Positions 35,081-45,072 of a DNA stretch of 64,000 nt are shown here, piece after piece. Positions within the stretch are counted from its first letter, which is position 1. Every line of letters begins with the position of its first letter. The position numbers and the translations under genes are program-made. The notes below the pieces were generated by a model. That model made no database searches. It was given only the letters and a program-made list of their open reading frames with translations, and had not been told where the DNA came from. The DNA comes from Candidatus Hydrogenedentota bacterium (GTDB taxonomy: Bacteria > Hydrogenedentota > Hydrogenedentia > Hydrogenedentales > SLHB01): contig CAVUWV010000010.1 of assembly GCA_963745075.1 (NCBI GenBank), positions 1 through 64,000 of the forward strand. The letters are read 5' to 3'.

Positions 35081-36298
35081 ATGAAGCGACCACATCAATG
35101 GCAGTTTCGGGCACGCTTCAGAACAAACGCCTATACCTGGCGTGGCACGGCCCTTGCCTCGAAACGCTTGAAGGAAGCCGTCGTGGAGATCACGAATGCG
35201 TCCAAGTCCGACCCTGTGGCCGCCGGGGACGGTTGCGTTGCGCTCATGGAGCGCCTATGGCCCGCGCTTCAAAGCATCGATAGTTCCTCCGGCGCGCTCG
35301 GGAACGCTGTCAACCGGACCCTCCACGACCTGATCCCCATTCTGATCGCCGCCCCCTGCGGCCGGGAGCTTCGCGCAGAATGGATCGAGCGCTTGTATCA
35401 GGCCGTCTGCGACGACGGCGTGCAGTACTTGACACCGGTGGAAGAACGCTGGGGGGAGGTGTGCGTCTTCCCCGAACTCGCCAATGAATGGGCCGAGAGG
35501 ATTCTCCCGCTGCTTCGCGAAGTATGGTCCGCCCGCCGTCCGGGCGCTCACGTGCGCGGCGACACGCTGTGCCTCTCGTGTCTTCTGGAGACCGGGCGCT
35601 ACGTGGAATTGGGCGAAGTGCTCTCGCTGCGCGGCGTTCGTTTCTGGCCGAACGATCAGTTCTTGGCGGAAGCAATGGCACGTGAAGGAAGAATCGACGA
35701 GGCTGTCGCGTACGCCGAAGCCCATCACGACGAACACTACGAGCGTCCCGGGATTATCGCGTTCTGCGAGCGGATTCTTCTGGAATCCGGCCGAGAGGAG
35801 GAGGCCTACCGGAAATTCGGCCTGTTCGCCGTCAACGCAACAACGCATCTGAGCGCGTTCCGGAAGACCGCCGCACAGTATCCCGAAAAGGACCGCCGCC
35901 AAGTCTTGCTGGACCTGATTGAGGCGCGCGGGAACAAGGGGAAGTGGTTCGCCGCCGCGAAAGACGCCGGATTCCTGGACATTGCCCTCGAATGCGCCCA
36001 AACAGGCGACACGGAACCGAAAACGCTGATCCGGGCCGCGCGGGATTTCGAGGAAACGGAGCCTGAATTCGCAGTGAACGTCGCACTCTGTGCGGTTCAA
36101 ATCCTGCTGCGCGGCGGGGGCTATGAACCATCGGCGGTGGACATACAAGAGGCATACGACTACCTGATAGCCGCGGCAAGGCGGTTGGGGCGCGCGGAGT
36201 GGGCGAGAACCGGGTTGGAACACCTGTTGTCCGACACGGAGCAGAACATCGAGCCGCAAATGAAGAAGGTGCTGGAGATGCGCCTTTGCCTGGGCTAG
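35081..36298 (+). CDS. Conserved hypothetical helical protein
   Basis: 'WQFRARFR', 'IDSSSGALGNAV', 'GKWFAAAKDAG'. Confidence 0.7.
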   Translation: MKRPHQWQFRARFRTNAYTWRGTALASKRLKEAVVEITNASKSDPVAAGDGCVALMERLWPALQSIDSSSGALGNAVNRTLHDLIPILIAAPCGRELRAEWIERLYQAVCDDGVQYLTPVEERWGEVCVFPELANEWAERILPLLREVWSARRPGAHVRGDTLCLSCLLETGRYVELGEVLSLRGVRFWPNDQFLAEAMAREGRIDEAVAYAEAHHDEHYERPGIIAFCERILLESGREEEAYRKFGLFAVNATTHLSAFRKTAAQYPEKDRRQVLLDLIEARGNKGKWFAAAKDAGFLDIALECAQTGDTEPKTLIRAARDFEETEPEFAVNVALCAVQILLRGGGYEPSAVDIQEAYDYLIAAARRLGRAEWARTGLEHLLSDTEQNIEPQMKKVLEMRLCLG

Positions 36299-36702
36299 CT
36301 GTTCGCTTCCCAGACTGTGTACTCTCTCACGGGCCAGTAGTTCTTGTCCTCCTTGGGCGTCACTTCCAGATCGGCCAGCGGGACAACGCCTCTTGCCCTC
36401 CTTTCTCGAACGCTTACGAGAATGCCGAATCGCGATAGGTCGTCATCCATGAGATCGACGACATCCATCGCATGACCAAGTCTGAATGGATCTCTGTCTG
36501 CAACGTCAGTGAAGTAGGCATCATCATCGTCTTCCACGCGCGTGGCCTTGAAAGGAAAGGAGAGATTCTCCCGAAGCCATGCCTTCCAATCGCGGCAGGC
36601 CCATTCTTCGCATTTCAAGTCAAAGGCGTCTTCGCTCCGCGGATGGCACCCGGTATCATCCTCCATCAGATCCCAGGAGTCATCGTAGGGGTTCTCTATC
36701 AT
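36295..36702 (-). CDS. CcbP-like ('calcium-binding') SH3-fold protein
   Basis: 'LSFPFKA', 'VPLADLE', 'REYTVW'; RBS GGAGG. Confidence 0.6.
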   Translation of the reverse strand: MIENPYDDSWDLMEDDTGCHPRSEDAFDLKCEEWACRDWKAWLRENLSFPFKATRVEDDDDAYFTDVADRDPFRLGHAMDVVDLMDDDLSRFGILVSVRERRARGVVPLADLEVTPKEDKNYWPVREYTVWEANS

Positions 36703-36753
36703 AACTATTTCCTCCGAATTTTCGCAGTGCCCAGCCCGAAGCACTGCGCCGCG

Positions 36754-37686
36754 CTATGTGATTTGCCCACAGCATTTCTTGTACTTCTTGCCGCTTCCGC
36801 AGGGGCAGGGCGCATTCGGTTTGACTCTGGCGGGGCGCTGGGGTGGGAAGGGGGCGGCCTGTTCTATCCGGGGCGTAGGACGCGTTGCGGGCATCGTCCC
36901 CCGTTTGGACTGTTTGGGTTGCTTGAAACAGGCCCACCACTCCATCTCATCGGCCACGTTCTCGATATAGGTATGTCGCCCCTTGCGGAGGTCATCGAGT
37001 ACGGATTCCTTATTCCTTTTCGACGCTCTCTCGACATTCCGAAGCGAGATGAACCATCCGTCGACGAGGCCCTCCTTGAATGCCGCGGTGATATGCTCGG
37101 AAACCTCCTCCGGATGGAGAGCCGTGGCGCAGGCGACCAGTGAATCCCAGGCGTGGGAGTAAGAACGTTCAAGCCTCCCCTCGAAAAGACCCTTGAAGTA
37201 GGCCATGACCTCGCCGCGGCTCTTGTCGCCCTCGGCCACAAGCACCAGCAACGAGTTCAGCGCGGCACTGCGCGCGTATTCGCCAACTTCCCCGTCCTCA
37301 ATCAGTTCCTCGATCGGCCCCGTGTCGCCATCGCACACCGAGGCTAGAACGCGGCAGAGTCCCTCAGTGACAAAATCTCCGGCGAGCGCGTCGAGCAGGT
37401 CCTCTTCTAAGCGCGCGAAACGCACCACCAACGGATAGGCGTGCGCTTCCCTAAACTGGGCCAAGAGGTACATGGCATAGAGGTGCGCGAAATAGGCGCC
37501 ATCCGCGTCTTCGGCCACAATCTCCTTGGCCCTGGCAACCGTATCTTCGAGAATCCGCAGCAGCTCGGGGGTGATCTCCTCACGCGCCTCCACAGCCGCC
37601 TCGACGGCCTTCCTCGGAAACGTGCCAGTGTTCCGTTCAAGCTCTTTCAGGATTTGGGTGATTCCCACCGCTTCACAAGTCCTCAC
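36754..37686 (-). CDS. DUF1186 domain protein with a C-terminal SEC-C motif
   Basis: 'YAMYLLAQFRE..AYP', 'GDFVTE', C-terminal 'NAPCPCGSGKKYKKCC'. Confidence 0.8.
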   Translation of the reverse strand: MRTCEAVGITQILKELERNTGTFPRKAVEAAVEAREEITPELLRILEDTVARAKEIVAEDADGAYFAHLYAMYLLAQFREAHAYPLVVRFARLEEDLLDALAGDFVTEGLCRVLASVCDGDTGPIEELIEDGEVGEYARSAALNSLLVLVAEGDKSRGEVMAYFKGLFEGRLERSYSHAWDSLVACATALHPEEVSEHITAAFKEGLVDGWFISLRNVERASKRNKESVLDDLRKGRHTYIENVADEMEWWACFKQPKQSKRGTMPATRPTPRIEQAAPFPPQRPARVKPNAPCPCGSGKKYKKCCGQIT

Positions 37687-37689
37687 GTT

Positions 37690-38370
37690 CTATCGGTTGG
37701 CAAACCATACAGCATAGTCCCGCAACGGCAAGAATGCCGGAGACTCGCGCGGGAACGCCTCGAGTTCGCACAACGGGACGGCCCTCTTTCGCCAACCATG
37801 TTTGACGCGTACGATAACACCCATGAGCTCGTCCACATCATCGACGGCCAACACGCACACTGTGTCGCCATCAGCCAAGGGACCGCACTCCTGGGATTCG
37901 CAAACCTTGGCGTCAAAAGGAAAGGTCAACGTTTTCCCAAGATATTCACTCCATGCCGTAATCACCTCCCACGGATCGTCTGGGTCCAATCCCTCCATAA
38001 CATCGAGAATGCGCCTGCCCTGGGCTCCCATGTCCAGCCAAAGGCTGTTGAAATCCAGAGTTCGCGCGTTTCGTTCGGTATCCGCTTCGCTATCGCGCGG
38101 TTGAGCGCGCTCCACTTCTTCCATCCCAAGATACATCGCCCTACAGTCGAGGCCTTGTGCTACGCCGCCGGCCAAGAAATCCTTCGGCATGGCGGCCACG
38201 GTAACGCTGTCCCACTTGGCGCCGACCATTGGCTCATCGTCCCATAGTTCGACGCAGAATAACCTTCCCTTCCACCCCGCAAGCGACAGACCCTCGAAGT
38301 CGGGGCACATGACGCCCTGCTTGACACGGACACAATCACCCTCGTGAAAACACTCGCTCTCTGCGGCCAT
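37690..38370 (-). CDS. CcbP-like protein with an N-terminal SH3-like domain
   Basis: 'GDCVRVK', 'LTFPFDA', 'VPLCELE', 'DYAVWFANR'. Confidence 0.65.
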   Translation of the reverse strand: MAAESECFHEGDCVRVKQGVMCPDFEGLSLAGWKGRLFCVELWDDEPMVGAKWDSVTVAAMPKDFLAGGVAQGLDCRAMYLGMEEVERAQPRDSEADTERNARTLDFNSLWLDMGAQGRRILDVMEGLDPDDPWEVITAWSEYLGKTLTFPFDAKVCESQECGPLADGDTVCVLAVDDVDELMGVIVRVKHGWRKRAVPLCELEAFPRESPAFLPLRDYAVWFANR

Positions 38371-38381
38371 GTTCCCCTCCA

Positions 38382-38630
38382 CTATTTCAAGTCTGCAAAT
38401 TCCTCGCGTGCAAGCAAGACCCGGATGCTGCGCGGCTGTCCGGGAATCCGCCCAATGAATCCGTTCTTCTCCAGCGTCACCACCATCTGATGCACACTCG
38501 GCGCGCTAACGTTGAAATACCGTTGCATGTCGGCTTCTGCCGGCGGCCGGCCAGTCACTTTGGTATAGTAGTGGATAAAGGCCAGATACTGGCCCTGTTT
38601 CTCGGTGGGTTTGGATTCCATTCCCTTCAC
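38382..38630 (-). CDS. LexA/MarR-like winged-helix DNA-binding protein
   Basis: 'TEKQGQYLAFI..RPPAEADMQRYF..PSVHQMVVTLE..PGQPRSI'. Confidence 0.8.
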   Translation of the reverse strand: MKGMESKPTEKQGQYLAFIHYYTKVTGRPPAEADMQRYFNVSAPSVHQMVVTLEKNGFIGRIPGQPRSIRVLLAREEFADLK

Positions 38631-38692
38631 ACTCCCTTATTCATCTCTCGGGCGCATCGTAGATCGACAGGAATCTCATGGAACTACTCGGA

Positions 38693-39997
38693 CTACTCCG
38701 GCATGTTGAGCAGGAACCGCCATGCCGGCACGACCTCGATGGTTCCGCCCTCAACGTCGAACTGTTCCTCCTTATTGCGGGTCACGATTGTCCCTGACCC
38801 GACGCCCAATTCCGCCATCGCTTCGCTCAAAGCAACGGTCTCTCTGTTTCGTGTCTGCGGCTCGGCGAGCGACTCGCACACCTGTACCAGGAGCGGGGAA
38901 CGGCCACGCGATGGGACGATGAAATCGACCTCCTTGCCGGTCTTCGTCCCATAGTAGTAGATGTCTGGTTGGCTGCGCCGAAGCGCCGTGAATACAAGGT
39001 TCTTCAGAAGATGCCCGGAGTTGATGAGCACGCCCGACGATACCGAAGTGACCATGGCGTGATCGATGCAATATACCTTCTTCGGGTTCGTGTTGCGGCG
39101 GGCGAGCGAGGCGTCGAATATCTGCACGGTGAACAGGAAGTAGGCGTCCTCGAACCACTCCAGGAAATCCGATACGGCCGTCCTTGGCGCATGATGCCCC
39201 AGTGATTGTAGATATCCGGTTAAGCGGTTGATGGAATAGACTGATGCCGTGTTGTCCACCAGCCAATGAGCCAGATCGCTCACCGCTTTCGGGTGCGCAA
39301 TGTCGTGACGCTCCACAAGGTCACGAAACAGAACTGCCTGGAAGTATTCTTGGTGCGTTTTAATCCTCAAGTTCTCACTGAGGCCGATGACCTCGGGAAA
39401 ACCACCGGTTGCCCAATATTCCTCAAAGGCCTTCTGGATGAGAAGCCGCTTCTTCGTTGACAGACCTCCCTCGCTGTCCATTCCTCGGCTGTCAAGAAAC
39501 TCACGGAAGGAGAACGGAAACAACTCCCAAGACAACGCTCGCCCGCGCATCTGCGTAGCGATCTCTTTCGACAGCATTCTGGTCGAGGATCCCGTGAGAT
39601 AGACCTCGCATTTCTCCGTGCGAATCATGCGATCGACAAAAGGTTCCCAACCCGGAACGGCTTGTATCTCGTCGAAAAAACAGTAAACCGTTTCTTCACC
39701 CTTCTTTTCCGGGTAGATGGAGTAATAGGATTCGGCGATCAGAGCTAGATTCTCATGCTGCAGATTGTGGAGGCGGTCGTCGAAGAAGTTCAGATACAGA
39801 ATATTCTGTCGCGAAACCTCGCTGTCCATCAGCCCCTGAATAAGCTGGAACAGGAAGGTGGACTTCCCGCTCCGGCGCACGCCGATACAAACGGTGGCTT
39901 TCCCATGAACCGGCTCTACATGCAAACGGCGGGGCACCCCCGTTTCCAATTGGGCCTCCTGAAAGTCCAGGATGATGCTCTTTATCGTCTCCATCAT
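38693..39997 (-). CDS. AAA_14 ATPase with a DUF4143 (nuclease-like) C-terminus
   Basis: GVRRSGKS, FDEIQ, TGSS, GGFPE, 'KVYCID', 'EVDFI..QVC'. Confidence 0.88.
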   Translation of the reverse strand: MMETIKSIILDFQEAQLETGVPRRLHVEPVHGKATVCIGVRRSGKSTFLFQLIQGLMDSEVSRQNILYLNFFDDRLHNLQHENLALIAESYYSIYPEKKGEETVYCFFDEIQAVPGWEPFVDRMIRTEKCEVYLTGSSTRMLSKEIATQMRGRALSWELFPFSFREFLDSRGMDSEGGLSTKKRLLIQKAFEEYWATGGFPEVIGLSENLRIKTHQEYFQAVLFRDLVERHDIAHPKAVSDLAHWLVDNTASVYSINRLTGYLQSLGHHAPRTAVSDFLEWFEDAYFLFTVQIFDASLARRNTNPKKVYCIDHAMVTSVSSGVLINSGHLLKNLVFTALRRSQPDIYYYGTKTGKEVDFIVPSRGRSPLLVQVCESLAEPQTRNRETVALSEAMAELGVGSGTIVTRNKEEQFDVEGGTIEVVPAWRFLLNMPE

Positions 39998-40575
39998 TTG
40001 ACTAATCCTGTCTCAGAAGTTTCCGATATGGTACCTAACTGCGAGTGAATATGCGCAGTTTACCCTGGCGTTGTCAAGACAGGATGCCGGATTCGACCTC
40101 GCCACGTTCCCCCCGCTACTTGTCGTCTTGCAGTCCTTGTCGCAGGCTTGATCCGAGGCGCAAACAAAGGGACGCGGGAATCAGTACGGATCGCGGTATG
40201 ATCTTGTAGCGAGTGTGAATTCCAGTTCGGCACTCTGCAACGCTTCCGCTTCACTGCCCAAGTGGCGCTCTTTGGCTCCGGCGACGAGACCACGTTGAAA
40301 GACAGAGCGTAAGACTCAGAACGGCAATTGGTTAGAGCGTGCAGGCGCAGAAGTGATAACTGAAAACGGCATCTGGATCATCGGATTCCTCAAGGATAAG
40401 GATAGTGATCGACGGCATGCTTACGCATGCTCACCTCGCACATGCGCGGCAGTCAACACCTAGAAATGCTCCCATTTTGGTCCCGCCACGGAAATGGCGT
40501 ATCAATGGGATGTGCAACGACCGCATTTTCAGCCAAGGCTGCTTGGGCTTTGTAGACGAATAATAATAGTTAACT

Positions 40576-40863
40576 ATGGTGAAGGCGGCGGGAATCGAAC
40601 CCTCTCTGGAAATCGATACATTTGCTGCACTTTTCCTACAGAACCCATACACAAACCACCCATCGCAAACAGCTTGCGAGGCGCTGATCGACACTTTCCG
40701 TACACTTCCCGAACAGAACCGCGACACTTTCTTGCGGCTCGTTTGTGCAATATATGTGCAATGGAATGCGCTACCGCCCTCAATCCAAAACATGATCAAT
40801 GACTGGACCTTATTGCCAGAGGAGGTCAAGGAACGCGTTGAAAGAATGGTGGAGCGGCAGTAG
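40576..40863 (+). CDS. Small att-initiated ORF with a WxxLP motif
   Basis: 95-aa ORF; its C-terminus resembles the peptide encoded at about 27879-27960. Confidence 0.45.
   Translation: MVKAAGIEPSLEIDTFAALFLQNPYTNHPSQTACEALIDTFRTLPEQNRDTFLRLVCAIYVQWNALPPSIQNMINDWTLLPEEVKERVERMVERQ
40577..40602 (-). repeat. att-like copy of the tmRNA 3' end
   Basis: TGGTGAAGGCGGCGGGAATCGAACCC, 25/26 identical to 47121-47146. Confidence 0.92.
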
Positions 40864-41003
40864 GTGGGGTATTGAATGAGCGAATCCTACCTGCTGAGAA
40901 TGAAGTAAGATGACGAGTTGGTGCATCATTGCCTTGAAAAGAAGCCGGGGATCTGTGTGAGTGCCTCCGCGATGAACTGGGATAGACTGATGGAACGGAA
41001 GAA

Positions 41004-42470
41004 TTGAACACGCGCGAACTCAAGAACCTGGTCGCAGACGGAGAGTCGGAGCGCCTTGAACTGAAGCGCTCCACGGGCCAGAGAACCGAAGCCGCAAAAA
41101 GTGTTTGTGCCATGCTCAATGGCATGGGTGGCTTCGTCGTGTTCGGCGTGACCGACCGGCGAGAAATCGCTGGCCAACAGGTCACAGCGAAAACCCTTGA
41201 AGATATTGCGGCTGAACTGCGTCGGATTGAACCTCCTGCATTTCCCGACATCGAGACGATTACGGTCAAGAAGGATCACGATGTGATTATCTTGAAGGTC
41301 CCAGGCAGCGCGGGACTGTATCACTACGACGGACGTCCCTATGTCCGCCAAGGTCCGACCACGATCGTCATGCCGCGCGAAGAATATGAAAGAAGGCTCG
41401 TGGAACGTCTGCACGCCACACGTCGATGGGAAAATGAACCTGTTGCCGAGGGCGTATCCGTGAAGGACCTCGATAAGCAGGAGATTCAGAACACTCTGGA
41501 CACCGCAATCAGTCTGGGGAGATTGGAGCCCACGGGGCGTCGAGACGTGGAGTCAATTCTTCGTGGATTGGATCTCATCCGCGAAGGCAGACTCCTAAAC
41601 GCGGCCGTTGCCCTCTATGGAAAGAGCAATAGACTCAAAACGCTTTATCCGCAGTTCAGCATAAGGCTTGCCCGTTTTCGTGGCGTGAATCGCCTTGCAG
41701 AATTTTCGGATAACCGGCAGTATTGGGGTCATGCATTCTCGCTCTTGAGCCGGGCTCAGTCTTTTCTCATGGATCACGTACCAATCGCCGGGAGGGTCGT
41801 TTCGGGCAAGATGGTCCGCGAGGATCAGCCGCTCTATCCGCTTCGGGCAACGCGCGAGGCGCTTGCGAACGCTTTCTGCCACCGTGATTACACGGTACCT
41901 GGCGGTGCGGTCGCTGTGGCCATGTACGATGACCACCTCGAGATTACCAACCCTGGCGCGCTTCACTTTGGAATTACCCCTGAGAAGCTGAAAGTGCCCC
42001 ACGAGTCCAAACCGTGGAATCCAATCATCGCGAACGTCTTCTACCGGGCCGGAATTATCGAGCGATGGGGTAGCGGCACGCTCAATATCATCGACTGGTG
42101 CACGGAGAACGGCAATCCCGCGCCGGAATGGCAGGAGCTGGCGGACTCCGTTTTCGTGACATTCCTTCCGGCGGCGCTGCTGGCGAGCCCAGGAAAGGAT
42201 GAGAATAGGGACCAAGTTGGCACCAAGTTGGCACCAAGTAGGCACCAAGTGGCCGTCTTGTATAAGTGCCTCAATAACACTGGTTTATACGAACTGATGA
42301 AGGCTGCTGGACGCACAGACCGCACCAAGTTCAGGAACCAAGTCCTTAAGCCACTCCTTGAAGCCGGACTTGTTGAAATGACGATTCCAGACAAGCCGCG
42401 GAGCAGCAAGCAACAATATCGCTTAACGGACGCCGGGAGGCAATATCTTGCCGACTTGGACAAGGCCTGA
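41004..42470 (+). CDS. AlbA_2 (Schlafen-like) domain + HATPase-like domain + C-terminal HTH protein
   Basis: 'GESERLELK', 'CAMLNGMGG..FGV', 'REALANAFCHRDY', 'ERWGSG', 'PDKPRSSKQQY'. Confidence 0.85.
   Translation: MNTRELKNLVADGESERLELKRSTGQRTEAAKSVCAMLNGMGGFVVFGVTDRREIAGQQVTAKTLEDIAAELRRIEPPAFPDIETITVKKDHDVIILKVPGSAGLYHYDGRPYVRQGPTTIVMPREEYERRLVERLHATRRWENEPVAEGVSVKDLDKQEIQNTLDTAISLGRLEPTGRRDVESILRGLDLIREGRLLNAAVALYGKSNRLKTLYPQFSIRLARFRGVNRLAEFSDNRQYWGHAFSLLSRAQSFLMDHVPIAGRVVSGKMVREDQPLYPLRATREALANAFCHRDYTVPGGAVAVAMYDDHLEITNPGALHFGITPEKLKVPHESKPWNPIIANVFYRAGIIERWGSGTLNIIDWCTENGNPAPEWQELADSVFVTFLPAALLASPGKDENRDQVGTKLAPSRHQVAVLYKCLNNTGLYELMKAAGRTDRTKFRNQVLKPLLEAGLVEMTIPDKPRSSKQQYRLTDAGRQYLADLDKA
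42210..42250 (+). repeat. 11-bp intragenic tandem repeat
   Basis: ACCAAGT at 42211, 42222, 42233 and 42244 (unit GGCACCAAGTT/A). Confidence 0.85.
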
Positions 42471-42565
42471 ATGTGCTTCTCGACCGGCAATTGGTCCAGT
42501 GCGTCGGGAGTAAAATATGGCTTTCCAACATGGCCCCAATGTATTGCAGGCGAACTCGGACTAAC

Positions 42566-45061
42566 ATGTCGCACGATGACGAACGGCTCCGCGAGGACCT
42601 CGCGAAAGCAAAAGAGGAAATCTGCCGACTCCAAGAGGAAAACGGTCGGCTCAAGGCTATCCTGGGCGCATTCTCCGTTAAGTCCGGCAATGCCATAAAG
42701 CTACCAAAGGCCAACGTTCAGCCTGAGCCGAGACCACCGTCAACAAAGCCGCCTACGCCACCGCGCGATTCCCAGATGATGGCTGATCAGCGAATTCAAC
42801 TCTTTCGTGCACTGTTTCGTGGCAGGGATGATGTGTACGCCGTGCGCTGGGAGAATAGGAAGGGGAAATCCGGCTATTCGCCCGCCTGTGCCCACGAGTG
42901 GGACCCGATGATCTGCAAGAAACCCGGAGGCAGGTGCACGGACTGCAGTTATCTTCCGCTCACGGACGATGTCGCTCGCGCCCATCTTCTCGGGCAGAAA
43001 ACCATCGGCATTTATCCCATGCTGAGCGATGAAACGTGCTGGTTCCTTGCCGCCGACTTTGATAAGGAGGGTTGGCAGGAAGACGCTCGAACATACCTGG
43101 CGACGGGCCGGACAATGCATGTGCCGGTGTACCTGGAAAGTTCGCGCTCGGGAAATGGCGCCCATGCATGGATATTCTTCGAGCAAGCCGTGCCCGCGGC
43201 AGCGGCTCGGAAGCTGGGCAGTGCAATTTTGACGGCCTCGATGGAGAAACGTCACCAAGTCGGACTGAATTCTTACGATCGGCTATTTCCAAACCAAGAT
43301 ACGATGCCCAAAGGCGGGTTTGGAAACCTAATTGCAGCCCCACTGCAACGAACACCGAGAGACGACGGCAACTCCGTATTCCTTAACGATGAATTCGAGC
43401 CTCACTCCGACCAATGGAGCTTTCTCGCCGCGGTTAAACGTCTCTCCATCGGTGCACTCAAACGGATTGTCCGAGATGCCGAACAGCGAAACATCATCGT
43501 GGGTGTTCGCCTGCCGATTGTCGATGAAGCACTCGGGGAAGATCCTTGGACACTGCCCCCGTCGCGGAAACGTGCTGAACCTCCAATTCTTGGCCCCTTG
43601 CCGAAGGATTTGACTGTCGTCCGGAGCAATCTACTCTATTTGGAGATGCGTTCACTGAATCCTTCGTTGACCAACCGGGTCATTCGGCTGGCGGCGTTTC
43701 AGAATCCCGAATTCTATGCCGCCCAGGCGATGCGCCTTTCGACGTTTGGAAAGCCACGGGTAATTGGTTGTGCGGAAGAGTTTCCCGACCACATCGGGAT
43801 TCCGCGTGGGTGCCTCGAAGATCTGAAAGACCTTTTTGAGTCGCACGCGGTTGAGTTCAAAATCAAAGACGAGCGCCTGACGGGAACACCTGTGGCGTTC
43901 TCATTCCACGGCCAACTCAGTAGCGAGCAACAGTCTGCGGCCGAGGAGTTGGTTAAACACGATGATGGTGTCCTCGTAGCGCCTCCCGGCTTCGGCAAGA
44001 CCGTGCTGGCGGCATGGATCATCGCGCAAAGAAAGGTGAATACACTCGTTCTTGTACATCGTACGGCGCTCTTGGAGCAATGGCGTGAACAACTCGCCCT
44101 CTTTCTAAACGTTAATAGACAGTCGATCGGAACGATAGGGAGTGGACGGCGCAAAGCTACGGCTCTTCTGGACGTCGCAATGATGCAGACTCTCCAGAGG
44201 AAGGGACAGGTAGCTGATCTCGTGGCTGACTATGGCCTCGTCATTGCAGACGAATGTCACCACCTTTCGGCCTTCACATTCGAGCGCATCATGAGGGAGG
44301 TCAAGGCGAAGTACGTGCTCGGCCTGACGGCAACGCCAATTCGAAAAGACGGGCACCACCCCATCATATTCATGCAATGTGGTCCGATCAGGCATCGCAT
44401 CAGCCCTAAACTTGCCGCGGCGCGTCGGCCATTTCAACATGTGGTCATTCCCCGAGTGACAAGACTGGTCGTAAACAAACCAGAACCCTCGATTCATGAC
44501 GTTTACCACGCTCTCACCCACGACGAGACACGAAATCGCCAAATCATCGACGACATCGCGCGGGCGGTCAATTCGGGGCGCTCGCCGATTGTGCTTACCG
44601 AGCGTGTCGACCATCTCACAACGTTGGGAGCCATGTTACGAACGCGAGCAGTGACGCAGAAGATCCTCATCTTAAGAGGTGGAATGAAGTCCAGTGAACG
44701 GACCGATGCTCAAGAAGCTCTCTCAACAGATAGCGCCAATGAAACTATCGTGATCCTTGCGACGGGGAAATTCATCGGCGAGGGGTTCGATTATTCCCGA
44801 CTCGACACACTTTTTCTCGCCATGCCCATATCATGGCGGGGCACACTGGAACAATACGTTGGCCGTCTACACCGATTGCACGAAAGCAAGCGCGAGGTGC
44901 GGGTGTACGATTACGTGGACAGCAACGTATCGATTCTCACGAGGATGTACGCAAGGCGACTTCGTGGGTATCGGGCGATGGGGTATACCATTCAAACTCA
45001 TGAAGAACAGTTGACGCTTCTGCCCGCGCCCCAAGACTTTCCAGACTTGGAACAGAATTGA
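42566..45061 (+). CDS. AEP-like primase domain (TOTE-type) fused to an SF2 DEAD/ResIII helicase
   Basis: 'LFRGRDDVYA', 'FLAADFD', 'SRSGNGAHAW', 'GFGNLIA'; PGFGKT, DECHH, TATP and QYVGRLHR motifs. Confidence 0.85.
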   Translation: MSHDDERLREDLAKAKEEICRLQEENGRLKAILGAFSVKSGNAIKLPKANVQPEPRPPSTKPPTPPRDSQMMADQRIQLFRALFRGRDDVYAVRWENRKGKSGYSPACAHEWDPMICKKPGGRCTDCSYLPLTDDVARAHLLGQKTIGIYPMLSDETCWFLAADFDKEGWQEDARTYLATGRTMHVPVYLESSRSGNGAHAWIFFEQAVPAAAARKLGSAILTASMEKRHQVGLNSYDRLFPNQDTMPKGGFGNLIAAPLQRTPRDDGNSVFLNDEFEPHSDQWSFLAAVKRLSIGALKRIVRDAEQRNIIVGVRLPIVDEALGEDPWTLPPSRKRAEPPILGPLPKDLTVVRSNLLYLEMRSLNPSLTNRVIRLAAFQNPEFYAAQAMRLSTFGKPRVIGCAEEFPDHIGIPRGCLEDLKDLFESHAVEFKIKDERLTGTPVAFSFHGQLSSEQQSAAEELVKHDDGVLVAPPGFGKTVLAAWIIAQRKVNTLVLVHRTALLEQWREQLALFLNVNRQSIGTIGSGRRKATALLDVAMMQTLQRKGQVADLVADYGLVIADECHHLSAFTFERIMREVKAKYVLGLTATPIRKDGHHPIIFMQCGPIRHRISPKLAAARRPFQHVVIPRVTRLVVNKPEPSIHDVYHALTHDETRNRQIIDDIARAVNSGRSPIVLTERVDHLTTLGAMLRTRAVTQKILILRGGMKSSERTDAQEALSTDSANETIVILATGKFIGEGFDYSRLDTLFLAMPISWRGTLEQYVGRLHRLHESKREVRVYDYVDSNVSILTRMYARRLRGYRAMGYTIQTHEEQLTLLPAPQDFPDLEQN

Positions 45062-45072
45062 GAAAGGGTCGT

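Larger units (their letters stand above)
32643..40602. mobile_element. tmRNA-integrated cassette, module 2 (no integrase seen)
   Basis: Flanked by tmRNA 3'-end repeats; AAATGCTCCC at 32796 and 40464. Confidence 0.72.
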
